Of a DNA stretch of 64,000 nucleotides, positions 21,401-30,525 are shown in pieces (within the stretch, counting starts at the first letter, position 1; every line of letters starts with the position of its first letter). Below the pieces are notes generated by a model. The model searched no databases. It was not told the origin of the DNA and saw nothing but the letters and a program-made list of their open reading frames with translations. Source of the stretch: an uncultured delta proteobacterium (lineage in GTDB: Bacteria; Myxococcota; Myxococcia; Myxococcales; Myxococcaceae); contig CAVZMH010000017.1 in the NCBI GenBank assembly GCA_963776345.1, forward strand, positions 224,001 to 288,000, in the 5' to 3' direction. Both the position numbers and the translations under genes were made by a program.

Positions 21401-21546
21401 GCACTCCGGATGCCCGCGGTGGCCGTCACGCCGCTCGGCGTCGCCGGGACGCTCGCCCCGCCGTCCGGGGTCGAGGTCACCGTTCCGCTGCACGCAGCGA
21501 GGAGCGCCGCCGCCACCGTGGCAGCGACGGTGCGGACGTTCACCAT
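18408..21546 (-). CDS. fibronectin type III repeat surface lipoprotein (6 FN3 plus unknown C-terminal region), split by two 1-bp deletions
   Basis: Lipobox LLAAC; repeated W.AP...GY.V...GL.NGT.YTFTV.A.N..G.G FN3 units; track ORFs 19951..21546 and 18408..19907 join once the deletions near 19914 and 19955 are corrected. Confidence 0.85.
19811..21040. repeat. 564-bp near-identical tandem duplication (two FN3 domains) plus partial third copy
   Basis: For example CGTCCATGACAGCGACGCCG at 19981 and 20545; only a few substitutions between copies. Confidence 0.92.
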
Positions 21547-22014
21547 GTTCCCGGCCCTCCTTGCCGCCCCTCGGTCCTCCCTACCGCACTTCGAGCCGGG
21601 CTTGCCTCGTCCCTAGGTTCACTCCGAACGCCAGGGTCTCGACCCAGGTGGGTCGCGCCGCGTTCGCGCGCATCAGGAGCATCTGTTTCCGCTCGAGGCG
21701 TACACCGGCGCATCGAGCTCCGAGCCTTGCGGGTTGCCGATCGAGGTGCTCGGTCGGCGGGCGCAGCGGATCGCGAGCACCCTCGTCCCCGAGGTGCCCA
21801 CGGACTGAACGGCATTTTCCGGTCGAGGAGGGGTCTCGCCGGCGGTTCTTCGGGTCAGCTCCGAGTTCCGGATGAACGGGCGGGATGTCGGAATCGACCA
21901 GCGGGCACGGAACTGCCGAAGATCGGGGCGCTGGCATCCCACTGACGATCGGTCAGCCGACGTCCTGGCTGCGCGCGGCCGCCTGAATCCGCTGACAGGG
22001 GCCTCGTCGCGCGG

Positions 22015-23607
22015 TCACCGCGGCCCGCTCACCGGCGGCGCCTTGGCGGCTGCCTCCTCGTATCGTCGATAGAGATCGAGCGAGAACCGGGACAGGGCTC
22101 CCGGCTCGTCGCGCAGGCGGTACAGCGTGCCCTTGGAGAGCTCGGCGCTGGGCGGCTGGATGACGCGGTAGTAGCCCGAGGTACGAAGGAAGGCGTCACG
22201 GACGAGTCCGGGGGCCGGAGCCGGGAGCTGGAAGTCCAGGGTCACGAACGTGCCGCGCTTGGGCAGGACCTGGTACTTCCCGTCGGTGGACCCGAGGGCC
22301 GCCCGGGCGTCGGTCCCGTCCGACTGGATGGCGCGGCTGGGCGCGAGCCGTGCCGAGCGAACCTCACGCGACTGGACGCTGGCGAGCGCGACGCGGTCCA
22401 CCTGCCAGAAGCCCACGCCGCTGCTCAGACGGACCCGGACCACCTGGCCCTCGACAGGAGGCATGGGCACGGCGAAATGCCGGAGCGAGACCGGGCCCAC
22501 GGTGGGCACCACCGCCATCCGCTCCCAGCGGCCGGCCCTCTCCACCTCGACCCGGAGATCCACGCCCTCCCGCTCGCGCCACTCGAGCGTCGGTTCCCGC
22601 GCCTCTGGCCGGTCGGCCTGATCGAGGTATGGCTCGAGCCGGTCGCCCAGCAGGGCGAAGAACCGACCCATGACCAGGTCGAGCCATGCGGTATTTCCGG
22701 CGTCCAGCTCGAGCGCCAGTGGGGCGTCGCCAGCTGGACGGTCGAAGGACAGCACGAGACCCTCACGCTGTGGTGGATCGCGCCGGTGTGAGGCCGCCGA
22801 GAGGTCCGTGACCCAGAGCCGCGCGTCCCGCTCCCGGACGAGGCTCGCGACGTCGGCTCCATCGAGATCCGCGGCGGACATCGGCGGAGACGCCTGACCG
22901 AGGAGAAGGAGCCCGGCCTCGTGGGTGGCGACCGCGCGCTGCTCCGGGCGGCGGTCGACCAGGACGAGCTCCGCAAGATCCGTGAACTGGACCTCCTGGG
23001 CCTCGTTGGAAAGGGTCACCGATGCCCGGGCACCCAGAGAGGGGAGCGGCATCAGGTCCTCACGCTGCACGGCCCGCGAGGTCGCACCGGAGTAGGACTC
23101 GCCGACGAGCTTCGGCCCATCTCCGGTGTCGACGTAGACGAACGGACAGGACGTCTTGGTGAGCGCGATGACCAGCGCGACGATTCCCCAGATGACGACG
23201 ATCACGCCAAGGACGAGGAAGAAGGTGCGCCAGCCGCTAAAGGTCCACACCTCCACCTGCTTGACCTGCCGGAGGTCCACGGTGACCGAGGAATACTTTC
23301 CGTCCTTGTCCGTCTTGGGCAGGTAGCTCCCGCCTACGAGCTCGAGCTCGGTCCCCGTGACATTGGGAAAGACGAGCGAGTCGACCTCGAGGAGCACCTG
23401 CTCGTCGTTTGCCCGTGTGATCCGGAGCCTCGCCTTGGGCTCGATGACCCTACCAGCCTGGAGGTCGGTCAGTGGGACGACGTCCCAGGTCGTGCAGGAG
23501 GAGCCGAAGGCGATCACGGTGAGGACGGTGACCAGCTGGTACCAGCGACGCCGTCGCACTGGTTCGTATCGGCCCGGGTTCTTCCACTCGAGATTCAGGA
23601 GATTCAT
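22015..23607 (-). CDS. hypothetical membrane-anchored/lipoprotein
   Basis: Possible lipobox FGSSC, internal TM, then SCPFVY...GESYSGA and a large soluble region. Confidence 0.7.
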   Translation of the reverse strand: MNLLNLEWKNPGRYEPVRRRRWYQLVTVLTVIAFGSSCTTWDVVPLTDLQAGRVIEPKARLRITRANDEQVLLEVDSLVFPNVTGTELELVGGSYLPKTDKDGKYSSVTVDLRQVKQVEVWTFSGWRTFFLVLGVIVVIWGIVALVIALTKTSCPFVYVDTGDGPKLVGESYSGATSRAVQREDLMPLPSLGARASVTLSNEAQEVQFTDLAELVLVDRRPEQRAVATHEAGLLLLGQASPPMSAADLDGADVASLVRERDARLWVTDLSAASHRRDPPQREGLVLSFDRPAGDAPLALELDAGNTAWLDLVMGRFFALLGDRLEPYLDQADRPEAREPTLEWREREGVDLRVEVERAGRWERMAVVPTVGPVSLRHFAVPMPPVEGQVVRVRLSSGVGFWQVDRVALASVQSREVRSARLAPSRAIQSDGTDARAALGSTDGKYQVLPKRGTFVTLDFQLPAPAPGLVRDAFLRTSGYYRVIQPPSAELSKGTLYRLRDEPGALSRFSLDLYRRYEEAAAKAPPVSGPR

Positions 23608-23756
23608 GATCAGCGACCTCGGTGGTTCACAGGAGGGATCGACCGGCGAGTTGCCCGTGCTAGCGTGAAGGCCAAGGGCTCCTCGCCGTTCCGGAGGCAC
23701 ACTCGGTCCAGCGGGTGGCGATTCGCCGGAGCGAGGAGCCGTGGGCAACGGGGCAC

Positions 23757-25076
23757 ATGCACCTCGCGCTGGTGACCGTGGGTTCGCTCGGGGACGTCGC
23801 TCCGATCTTCGCCCTCGGCCTCGGCCTCAAGCGCGCCGGGCACACCGTGCGCATCCTGGCCCACGAGTCCTTCTCGCTGATGGCGAGCAGGCTGGGTCTC
23901 GACCTGGTCACGACGAAGGCGGCCGATCCGCGAGCGCTCCTCGCCTCGGAACGGTTCAGGGCCGCGTTCAGCGCCCGGGACCCGTTCCGGGCCTGGCGCC
24001 GGTTCGGCGCGATCGCCGAGGAGACTGCCCGGGCGGTGTTCGCCGACGCGCTCGCCGCCTGCGAGGGCGCGGATGCGGTGGGCTCTTCCGGGCTGGGCGT
24101 CTTCCCGGGCTACGCCGCCGCGGTCCGTCTCGGGATTCCCCACTTCGGCGCCCACCTCATCCCCATCGGGCCCACCAGCGCGTTTCCGAACCCGCTCCTC
24201 CCGCAGGTCCTCGCGTGGCTGCCCGGCTACAACTGGACCTCGCACGCCCTCGCGGCCTGGCTGGTGTGGCGCTCGATCCGGCCAATGGCCGATCGAGCGA
24301 TGGCGAGCACCGGCGCGGGCCGCTTCCCGCCTCTGGCCAGGATGGCTTCCAGCTCCCGGATCTCGCTCTTTGGCATCAGCCCGGCCGTCGTCCCCCCGCC
24401 CGCCGGGTGGCGCCGCGCCCGGTTCACCGGGTACTGGTTCCTGGACGACCCGACCGGCTGGGAGCCTCCGGCGCAGCTCCAGCGATTCCTCGCCCAGGGC
24501 CCGCCCCCCGTCGTCGTGGGCTTCGGGAGCATGAGCACCCGGAACCCCGAGAGGACTGCCCGCATCGTCGTGGAGGCGCTGCGGAGGACGGGAGCCCGCG
24601 GCGTCCTGCTCTCCGGGTGGGGAGGCCTTCGAGTCGAGGAGCTCCCCCCGCAGATCCTGGCGATGGAGCACGCTCCCCACGCCTGGCTCTTCCCGCGCGC
24701 CGCCGCCGTGGTGCACCACGGTGGAGCCGGCACCACGGCTTCCGCGCTGCGGGCCGGCGTGCCGTCGGTGGTGGTGCCCTTCGCGTTCGACCAGCCGTTC
24801 TGGGCCGAGCGGGTGCGGAGGCTGGGCGCGGGGCCAGCGCCCATCCCCGAGCGAGCGCTGACTGCCAGCCGGCTCGCGCGCGCGATCCGGCGCGCGCTGG
24901 AGGACCGGCGCCTGGGTCAGGCCGCACGCGCGCTCGGGGAGCGCATCCGCTCGGAGGATGGCGTCGGGACGGCGGTGCGAGAGCTGGAGCACGTTCTAGA
25001 TCCGGGCATCGGCCCGGGCCGGCGGGTAGACCTGGCAGCCCTGGGCCCGGAGACGACCTCGCAGCGTCTGCAGTGA
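23757..25076 (+). CDS. family 1 glycosyltransferase (sterol 3-beta-glucosyltransferase-like)
   Basis: GSLGDVAP, TGYWF, VGFGSM, PHAWLFPR..AVVHHGGAGTT, PF.FDQPFW. Confidence 0.9.
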   Translation: MHLALVTVGSLGDVAPIFALGLGLKRAGHTVRILAHESFSLMASRLGLDLVTTKAADPRALLASERFRAAFSARDPFRAWRRFGAIAEETARAVFADALAACEGADAVGSSGLGVFPGYAAAVRLGIPHFGAHLIPIGPTSAFPNPLLPQVLAWLPGYNWTSHALAAWLVWRSIRPMADRAMASTGAGRFPPLARMASSSRISLFGISPAVVPPPAGWRRARFTGYWFLDDPTGWEPPAQLQRFLAQGPPPVVVGFGSMSTRNPERTARIVVEALRRTGARGVLLSGWGGLRVEELPPQILAMEHAPHAWLFPRAAAVVHHGGAGTTASALRAGVPSVVVPFAFDQPFWAERVRRLGAGPAPIPERALTASRLARAIRRALEDRRLGQAARALGERIRSEDGVGTAVRELEHVLDPGIGPGRRVDLAALGPETTSQRLQ

Positions 25077-26258
25077 CTCATCGAGACAGCCGCCCACCCC
25101 TCCGTGGCAGAAGGGACAGGCGTGCACGGTCCCGGCGGCGTCGACGAAGAGGTACCGGTCACCGGCGCCCCAGCACCCGTCCCGCCGTTGTCCGATTCCC
25201 GGGTAGTCCACGAGGGGCATGTCCGGGCGCTCCAGGTTCATCGCGTGGTCGAAGACCTCGAGCAGTGCGATCTGCTCGGGCGGCAGGGCCACGTCGGCGC
25301 CCGTCCACCGGCCCACCGAGCGTGGATCGAGCACCTCGATGAAGCCCGCGCCCAGGCCACGGGCGAGGGCCGCGTAACGCTCGAGGTTCTCCGTGGTGAC
25401 GAACTCCCGGGTCGCGGTGAGGGAGAGCGCCACCAGCAGTCCCGCCTCGCGAGCGTGCCGGGCACCCGAGACAGCGCGGGCAAATGTTCCGGCGACTCCG
25501 CGGAAGCGGTCGTGCTTCGCGGGGTCCACATGGTCCAGGCTCACCCTCACCCCGGTGGCCCCGGCGTCCCGGAAGCGGCGGGCCACCTCCGGGGTCAGGG
25601 GCACACCGGAGGTCAGCGCCCAGACGTCGCAGTCCTGGTGGACGGTCCGGCAGATGGCCTCCGCGGCATCGAGCCGCAGGAGAGGCTCGCCCCCGGTGAG
25701 GAGGAGCTGCACCGCCCCTGCCGCTCGCAGGCGCTCGGCGAGCGCGCAGAGGTCCGCCACCGAGAGCACATCCGGCTGTCGCAGGGTCTCCCATTCGGAG
25801 CAGTGGACGCACTGCAGTCCGCACTTGCGAGTGATCGCGATGAAGGCGAACTGGAGCTCCGTGGCCGGGTGCAGGGGAAGAGCACGGTTCAGCTCCAGCG
25901 CGGCGTAGCGATCGAACGCCTGGGACGGGAATCCCGGCGCGTGCAGCGAGAAGAAGGCACGCCCCTGCCAGACCACGGCCTTTCGGGGAGGCAAGCCGCC
26001 GGCCGCGGTGCGGCGCGCCCGCGCCACCCTGCGGATCGCGGTGAGCGCCTTCCCGGGGCTTCCGTAGAGATGAAGAGCTTGCCGGGCGAGCCGTCCCCGG
26101 AGGCCTAGTCGGATGAGCGCGTTGCGGAGACCGGTGACCATCGGTGCCCGACCGGGGTGTTCGGGCTGCAACCGCGCCTCGGACGCCTCCGGGGGCCCAA
26201 GAGCAGGCTCGCTGGTCGCTGCGCTCCGTGCCATCAGCTCAGTTCCGCTCCGAGCCAT
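24996..26258 (-). CDS. radical SAM protein with C-terminal SPASM/twitch-like Cys cluster
   Basis: CGLQCVHC (CxxxCxxC), TGGEP, VSLD, C..GDRYLFVD..G.VHACPFC; GGGGAGG ribosome-binding site before ATG 26258. Confidence 0.9.
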   Translation of the reverse strand: MARSGTELMARSAATSEPALGPPEASEARLQPEHPGRAPMVTGLRNALIRLGLRGRLARQALHLYGSPGKALTAIRRVARARRTAAGGLPPRKAVVWQGRAFFSLHAPGFPSQAFDRYAALELNRALPLHPATELQFAFIAITRKCGLQCVHCSEWETLRQPDVLSVADLCALAERLRAAGAVQLLLTGGEPLLRLDAAEAICRTVHQDCDVWALTSGVPLTPEVARRFRDAGATGVRVSLDHVDPAKHDRFRGVAGTFARAVSGARHAREAGLLVALSLTATREFVTTENLERYAALARGLGAGFIEVLDPRSVGRWTGADVALPPEQIALLEVFDHAMNLERPDMPLVDYPGIGQRRDGCWGAGDRYLFVDAAGTVHACPFCHGGVGGCLDESLQTLRGRLRAQGCQVYPPARADARI

Positions 26259-26285
26259 GAGGCACCTCCCCTGCTCGCTGGACCA

Positions 26286-26301
26286 TGCAAGTCAGGAGCC
26301 G
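26286..26301 (-). promoter_or_regulatory. candidate sigma54 -24/-12 promoter of the radical SAM gene
   Basis: Minus strand CGGCTCCTGACTTGCA (GG-N10-GC with TTGCA), about 28 nt above the start codon. Confidence 0.5.
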
Positions 26302-26422
26302 GGGGAGCTCGAGCGGGTGCACGGGCGGTGGCTGTCGAGGTCGTGTGACTCCCGAGTCACTCGTCGCGCTTGCCCGGCACTGGCGGTCGCCTCTTCGTGT
26401 TCGAGAGGCTGACCGTTCCGCC

Positions 26423-26443
26423 GTGTCATCGATGCGATGACAC
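26423..26443. promoter_or_regulatory. candidate enhancer/operator palindrome GTGTCATCG-N3-CGATGACAC
   Basis: Perfect 9-bp inverted repeat about 125-140 bp above the sigma54-like element; a second palindrome GTGACTC-CC-GAGTCAC lies at 26345-26360. Confidence 0.45.
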
Positions 26444-26649
26444 CGGCTGGAGGGTCCAGCGCGCTCTTGCCGCCCGTGGTTGGCCCCGCGGATGCAGCGG
26501 TGACGGCCTGGTCTGCTGCGGCTCCGTTCGCGCAGCAGGTGCATCCTCGCGCGGGGATGGCGCAGCCATTGCGGGCTCATGGCGTCGATCAGCGATGGCC
26601 AGATGGAGCGAGGGAGTCGGGACGCTGGTGGGGGCGCTGTGCGGGGCGT

Positions 26650-26880
26650 GAAGTGCTCCGCTGCGCAAGCCTCCGGAGAGCCCGGCATCGGGCGGGTGAG
26701 TCTCGGGCGCTGGACGGCGCTCACCAGAAGCATGCGCCGGGCCAGGGTGACGGCGAGCCGCTCTACCTCGGCGTCGGTGAGCGGAGGAAGCGGGACGGGC
26801 TGGCCGGGGGACCAGCACCTCGGCCCGGCATGTCCGGCACGCCAGCCTGGCGAAGCCGTAGGCGAGCAGTCCAGGCGAGT
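26650..26880 (-). pseudogene. degenerate, internally deleted IS91-family (Y2/HUH) transposase remnant
   Basis: GLLAYGFARLACRTCRAEVLV resembles the transposase zinc-binding domain; in another frame PLPPLTDAEVERLAVTLARRML resembles the segment after the HUH motif. Confidence 0.55.
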
Positions 26881-26980
26881 ACGTCCCCAGGCGAGGTACG
26901 GGGCCGGCGGCCCCCGGAGACACGACGGGCCGCCCGATCCCCGAGGATCGAGCGGCCCGCGCGAGACAGCCGACCAGGCC

Positions 26981-28390
26981 TCAGATGTCGAAGTAGAGCG
27001 CGAACTCCAGCGGGTGAGGCCGTAGCCGCACCGGGTTCACTTCCTTGTCCATCTTGAGGTTGATCCAGGTGTCGATGACGTCCTCGCTGAAGACGTCGCC
27101 CTTGAGCAGGAACTTGTGGTCCTTGCGGAGGCAGTCCAGCGCCTCGTCGAGGCTGCCGGGCATCTTGGGAACGTCCTTCAGCTCCTCCGGCGACAGCCCG
27201 TAGATGTCCTTGTCCAGCGGATCGCCCGGGTCGATCTTGTTCTCGATGCCGTCCAGGCCCGCCATCAGCTGTGCGGCGAAGGCCAGGTACGGGTTGCACG
27301 ACGGGTCGGGGCTGCGGAACTCGAGCCGCTTGGCCTTGGGGCTCGGGCTGTACATCGGGATGCGGATGGACGCGCTCCGGTTCCGGCTGGAGTAGGCCAG
27401 GTTCACCGGCGCCTCGAACCCGGGCACCAGCCGCTTGTAGCTGTTGGTGGTGGGGTTGCAGATCGCCGCCAGCGCGCGGGCGTGCTTGAGGACGCCGCCG
27501 ATGTAGAAGAGCGCCATCTCGCTCAGGCCCGCGTACCCGTCACCGGCGAAGAGCGGCTTGCCGTTCTTCCAGAGCGACTGGTGGGTGTGCATTCCCGAGC
27601 CGTTGTCTCCGAAGAGCGGCTTGGGCATGAACGTCGCCGTCTTGCCGTTCCGCCAGGCGACGTTCTTCACCACGTACTTGAACCAGCTCAGGTGGTCGGC
27701 GCACTTCACCAGGGTGTTGAAGCGGAAGTCGATCTCCGCCTGGCCGGCGGTGGCCACCTCGTGGTGCTGCCGCTCCACCTCGATTCCCACGTCGGCGAGC
27801 ACCCGGCACATCTCGGTGCGGATGTCGTTCTGGCTGTCGAGCGGGGCGACGGGGAAGTAGCCCTCCTTGTAGCGGATCTTGTAGCCCCGGTTTCCCTCTC
27901 CCTTGCCCGTGCTCCAGGCGGCCTCGCTCGAGTCGATCTCGTAGAAGCTGGCGTTGGGCTTGCTGTCGAAGCGCACCTCGTCGAAGACGAAGAACTCGGC
28001 CTCGGGACCGAAGTAGGCGGTGTCCGCGATGCCGGTGGACTTGAGGTACTTCTCCGCCTTGATGGCGATGTTGCGCGGGTCCCTCCCGTAGGCCTCCTTG
28101 GTGATCGGGTCGACGATGTTGCAGATGAGGCTCAGCGTCGGATCCTTGGTGAAGGGATCCATCACCGCCGTCGTCGCGTCGGGCATCACCAGCATGTCCG
28201 AGGCGTGAATCTCCGCCCACCCTCGGATGGACGAGCCGTCGAAGCCCAGCCCCTCCTCGAAGATCTCCTCCTTGAGCTCCGCGAGCGGGATGGTGAAGTG
28301 CTGCCACAGCCCGACGAAGTCCATGAACTTGAGGTCCACCATCACCGCGCTGCGGTCCTTGGCGAGCCCCAGGACATCCTTTGCTTTCAT
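26981..28390 (-). CDS. glnA: type I glutamine synthetase
   Basis: [54 protein letters not shown], adenylylation site DKDIY; GGAGG upstream. Confidence 0.98.
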   Translation of the reverse strand: MKAKDVLGLAKDRSAVMVDLKFMDFVGLWQHFTIPLAELKEEIFEEGLGFDGSSIRGWAEIHASDMLVMPDATTAVMDPFTKDPTLSLICNIVDPITKEAYGRDPRNIAIKAEKYLKSTGIADTAYFGPEAEFFVFDEVRFDSKPNASFYEIDSSEAAWSTGKGEGNRGYKIRYKEGYFPVAPLDSQNDIRTEMCRVLADVGIEVERQHHEVATAGQAEIDFRFNTLVKCADHLSWFKYVVKNVAWRNGKTATFMPKPLFGDNGSGMHTHQSLWKNGKPLFAGDGYAGLSEMALFYIGGVLKHARALAAICNPTTNSYKRLVPGFEAPVNLAYSSRNRSASIRIPMYSPSPKAKRLEFRSPDPSCNPYLAFAAQLMAGLDGIENKIDPGDPLDKDIYGLSPEELKDVPKMPGSLDEALDCLRKDHKFLLKGDVFSEDVIDTWINLKMDKEVNPVRLRPHPLEFALYFDI

Positions 28391-28487
28391 GCGCCCTCCT
28401 GGCGGCATCCAAACGTGTGCGGGCGGATAAAGCCTGACCCGCTGACAAAAGGGAATGGGGTCGCTACGCTTGGCGAATCGAGCCGCC

Positions 28488-29519
28488 ATGGCCGAGCCGC
28501 TTTCCGACCGTGCCCGCGAAGTCCTGCACGCGATCATCCGCGAGTACATCGTCACGGGTGGTCCGGTGGGGAGCCAGCAGCTCGCTCGCAGCAGCAGCTT
28601 CGAGGTCTCATCAGCCACGCTTCGCAACGTCATGGCGGACCTGGAGGACCTCGGGTACCTCGAGAAGCCGCATACCTCGTCCGGCCGGGTTCCCACCGAC
28701 CGTGCTTACCGCTTCTACGTGGACACCCTCATCCGCCTGCGCGACCCGAATCCCCGGGACCGGGAGCTCATCCAGCGGGGCATCCCCACCAGCGGGACGC
28801 CCCTCGAGGAGTCGCTCCAGGAGGCCGGGCGAATCCTCCACTTCCTGACCCGGCACGCCGGGGTGGTGCTGACGCCGCGCCCCACCTCCGGGACGTTCCA
28901 CCGCATCGAGTTCGTCCGGCTCCGCGAGGGCCGGGTGCTGGCCATCCTGGTCGACCAGGACGGTCAGGTGCACAACCGTCCGGTGGCGCTGGACTTCGAG
29001 ATGTCCCCGGAGGACCTGGTCCGGGCCTCCAACTACCTGAGCGAGCTGCTGGAGAAGCTCCCCCTGGAGCAGGTGCGGGGCCGCATCGAGCAGGAGCTGG
29101 CCCAGGACCAGGCCGCCTACGACCAGCTGGTGGCCAAGGCCCTGAAGCTCGGGCTGCTCGCCACCGGCGTCCCCCCCACCGAGAAGGTCTTCATCGAGGG
29201 CACTGGCAGCTTCCTGGACGCGCCCGAGTTCGCCGATGTCGAGCGGATGAAGTCCCTCTTCCGGGCCCTGGAGGAGAAGACCCGGCTGGTGGCGCTGCTG
29301 GACCGGGTGCAGCGTGCGCGGGAGATGCAGATCTTCATCGGCCACGAGAGCGACCTCTCCCCCGGCGGCGACGTGTCACTGGTGGCCACCCCCTACGGCC
29401 CGGCGGACCGCTCCCTGGGCACGGTGGGGGTCATCGGACCGACGCGGATGAACTACCAGCGCATCATCCCCCTGGTGCAGTTCACCGCCCAGGTCCTCTC
29501 GTCGGCCCTGGAGCCCTGA
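28488..29519 (+). CDS. hrcA: heat-inducible transcription repressor HrcA
   Basis: [42 protein letters not shown]. Confidence 0.96.
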   Translation: MAEPLSDRAREVLHAIIREYIVTGGPVGSQQLARSSSFEVSSATLRNVMADLEDLGYLEKPHTSSGRVPTDRAYRFYVDTLIRLRDPNPRDRELIQRGIPTSGTPLEESLQEAGRILHFLTRHAGVVLTPRPTSGTFHRIEFVRLREGRVLAILVDQDGQVHNRPVALDFEMSPEDLVRASNYLSELLEKLPLEQVRGRIEQELAQDQAAYDQLVAKALKLGLLATGVPPTEKVFIEGTGSFLDAPEFADVERMKSLFRALEEKTRLVALLDRVQRAREMQIFIGHESDLSPGGDVSLVATPYGPADRSLGTVGVIGPTRMNYQRIIPLVQFTAQVLSSALEP

Positions 29520-29530
29520 GGAGCACGAGG

Positions 29531-30472
29531 CTGGACGCGACCCTCTCACGGCCTGCGCCCCGGGTGTGGCTGCCGGCGGTCCTCTTCGTCTGCACGCTGG
29601 TGACGGTGTTCGGCACCTTCCTCCTGGTGCAGACCGGGGCCTGGACGGACTCCGGCGCCATTCGCATCGCCCCCGGGGCCCTGCTGGCCTCGCTGGAGTT
29701 CACGGTGGCGACCGTCAGCATCCTCGGCGCCCACGAGCTCGGGCACTACGTGCTCGCCCGGCGTCACGGGCTGAGCGCCAGCCTCCCCTACTTCATCCCT
29801 CTCCCGCTGCTGGGGTTCGGGACTCTCGGCGCCGTCATCCGGGTCCGCGATCGCATCCCCACCCGGAACGCGCTGGTGGACATCGGCGCCGCCGGGCCGC
29901 TCGCCGGGTTCCTGGTGGCGCTCCCCTTCCTGGCCTGGGGCTACGCGCACTCGCGTTTCATCTCCACCGGTCCGACCGCGGACATGCTGTTCGGGCCGAT
30001 GTCGCTCTGGTCGGTGGTGCACCGGGGATTTCCTCAGCTCGACACCCCGCTCTACGCGGACAACCTGCTGCTTCGCGCCTTCGAGCGGGTCTTCCTCGGA
30101 CCGCGTCCGCCTGGCATGGACGTCGTCGCCCATCCCTTCGTCCTCGCCGGGTGGCTCGGGACGCTGCTCACCATGCTGAACCTGTTCCCGGTGGGGCAGC
30201 TCGACGCCGGCCATCTCACCTACGCCGTCTTCGGCGACCGGGCGCGCACCCTCGGCCGGCTGGCGCTCGCCGGGCTGGCGGTGCTCACCGTGGCCTTCTC
30301 CTTCACCTGGGCGGTCTGGCTCCTGGTGGTCGCGCTGGTGGTGGGTGTCCACCATCCTCCGCTGACCCGGCCCGAGGAGCCGCTCGGCGCCCTGCGTGGG
30401 TGGGTGTGCGTGGGAACACTCGCCGTGGCCGTGCTCTGTTTCCTCCCCGCACCTTTCGTCGCAGTCCTCTAG
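29531..30472 (+). CDS. site-2 protease (peptidase M50) family membrane protein
   Basis: HELGH, SLPYFIP, FGTLGAVI, AAGPLAG, NLFPVGQLDAGH; start CTG 29531 or GTG 29564. Confidence 0.9.
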   Translation: MDATLSRPAPRVWLPAVLFVCTLVTVFGTFLLVQTGAWTDSGAIRIAPGALLASLEFTVATVSILGAHELGHYVLARRHGLSASLPYFIPLPLLGFGTLGAVIRVRDRIPTRNALVDIGAAGPLAGFLVALPFLAWGYAHSRFISTGPTADMLFGPMSLWSVVHRGFPQLDTPLYADNLLLRAFERVFLGPRPPGMDVVAHPFVLAGWLGTLLTMLNLFPVGQLDAGHLTYAVFGDRARTLGRLALAGLAVLTVAFSFTWAVWLLVVALVVGVHHPPLTRPEEPLGALRGWVCVGTLAVAVLCFLPAPFVAVL

Positions 30473-30525
30473 ACTGCGCGCTGGATTCCCGTGCGTCCCC
30501 GGACCCCAGGGCCGACTCCCCCTCG

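Noticed and set aside
21550..22010. Small ORFs or ncRNA in the gap upstream of the FN3 gene
   Set aside because: No recognisable motifs, codon bias or structure; treated as an uncharacterised promoter region
28391..28487. CIRCE or sigma54 promoter in the glnA-hrcA divergent gap
   Set aside because: No CIRCE inverted repeat and no convincing GG-N10-GC match found by eye
27116..29530. N-terminal part of the 1118-aa track ORF 27116..30472
   Set aside because: Antisense to glnA and off-frame over hrcA; only the 3' M50 protease portion has motifs
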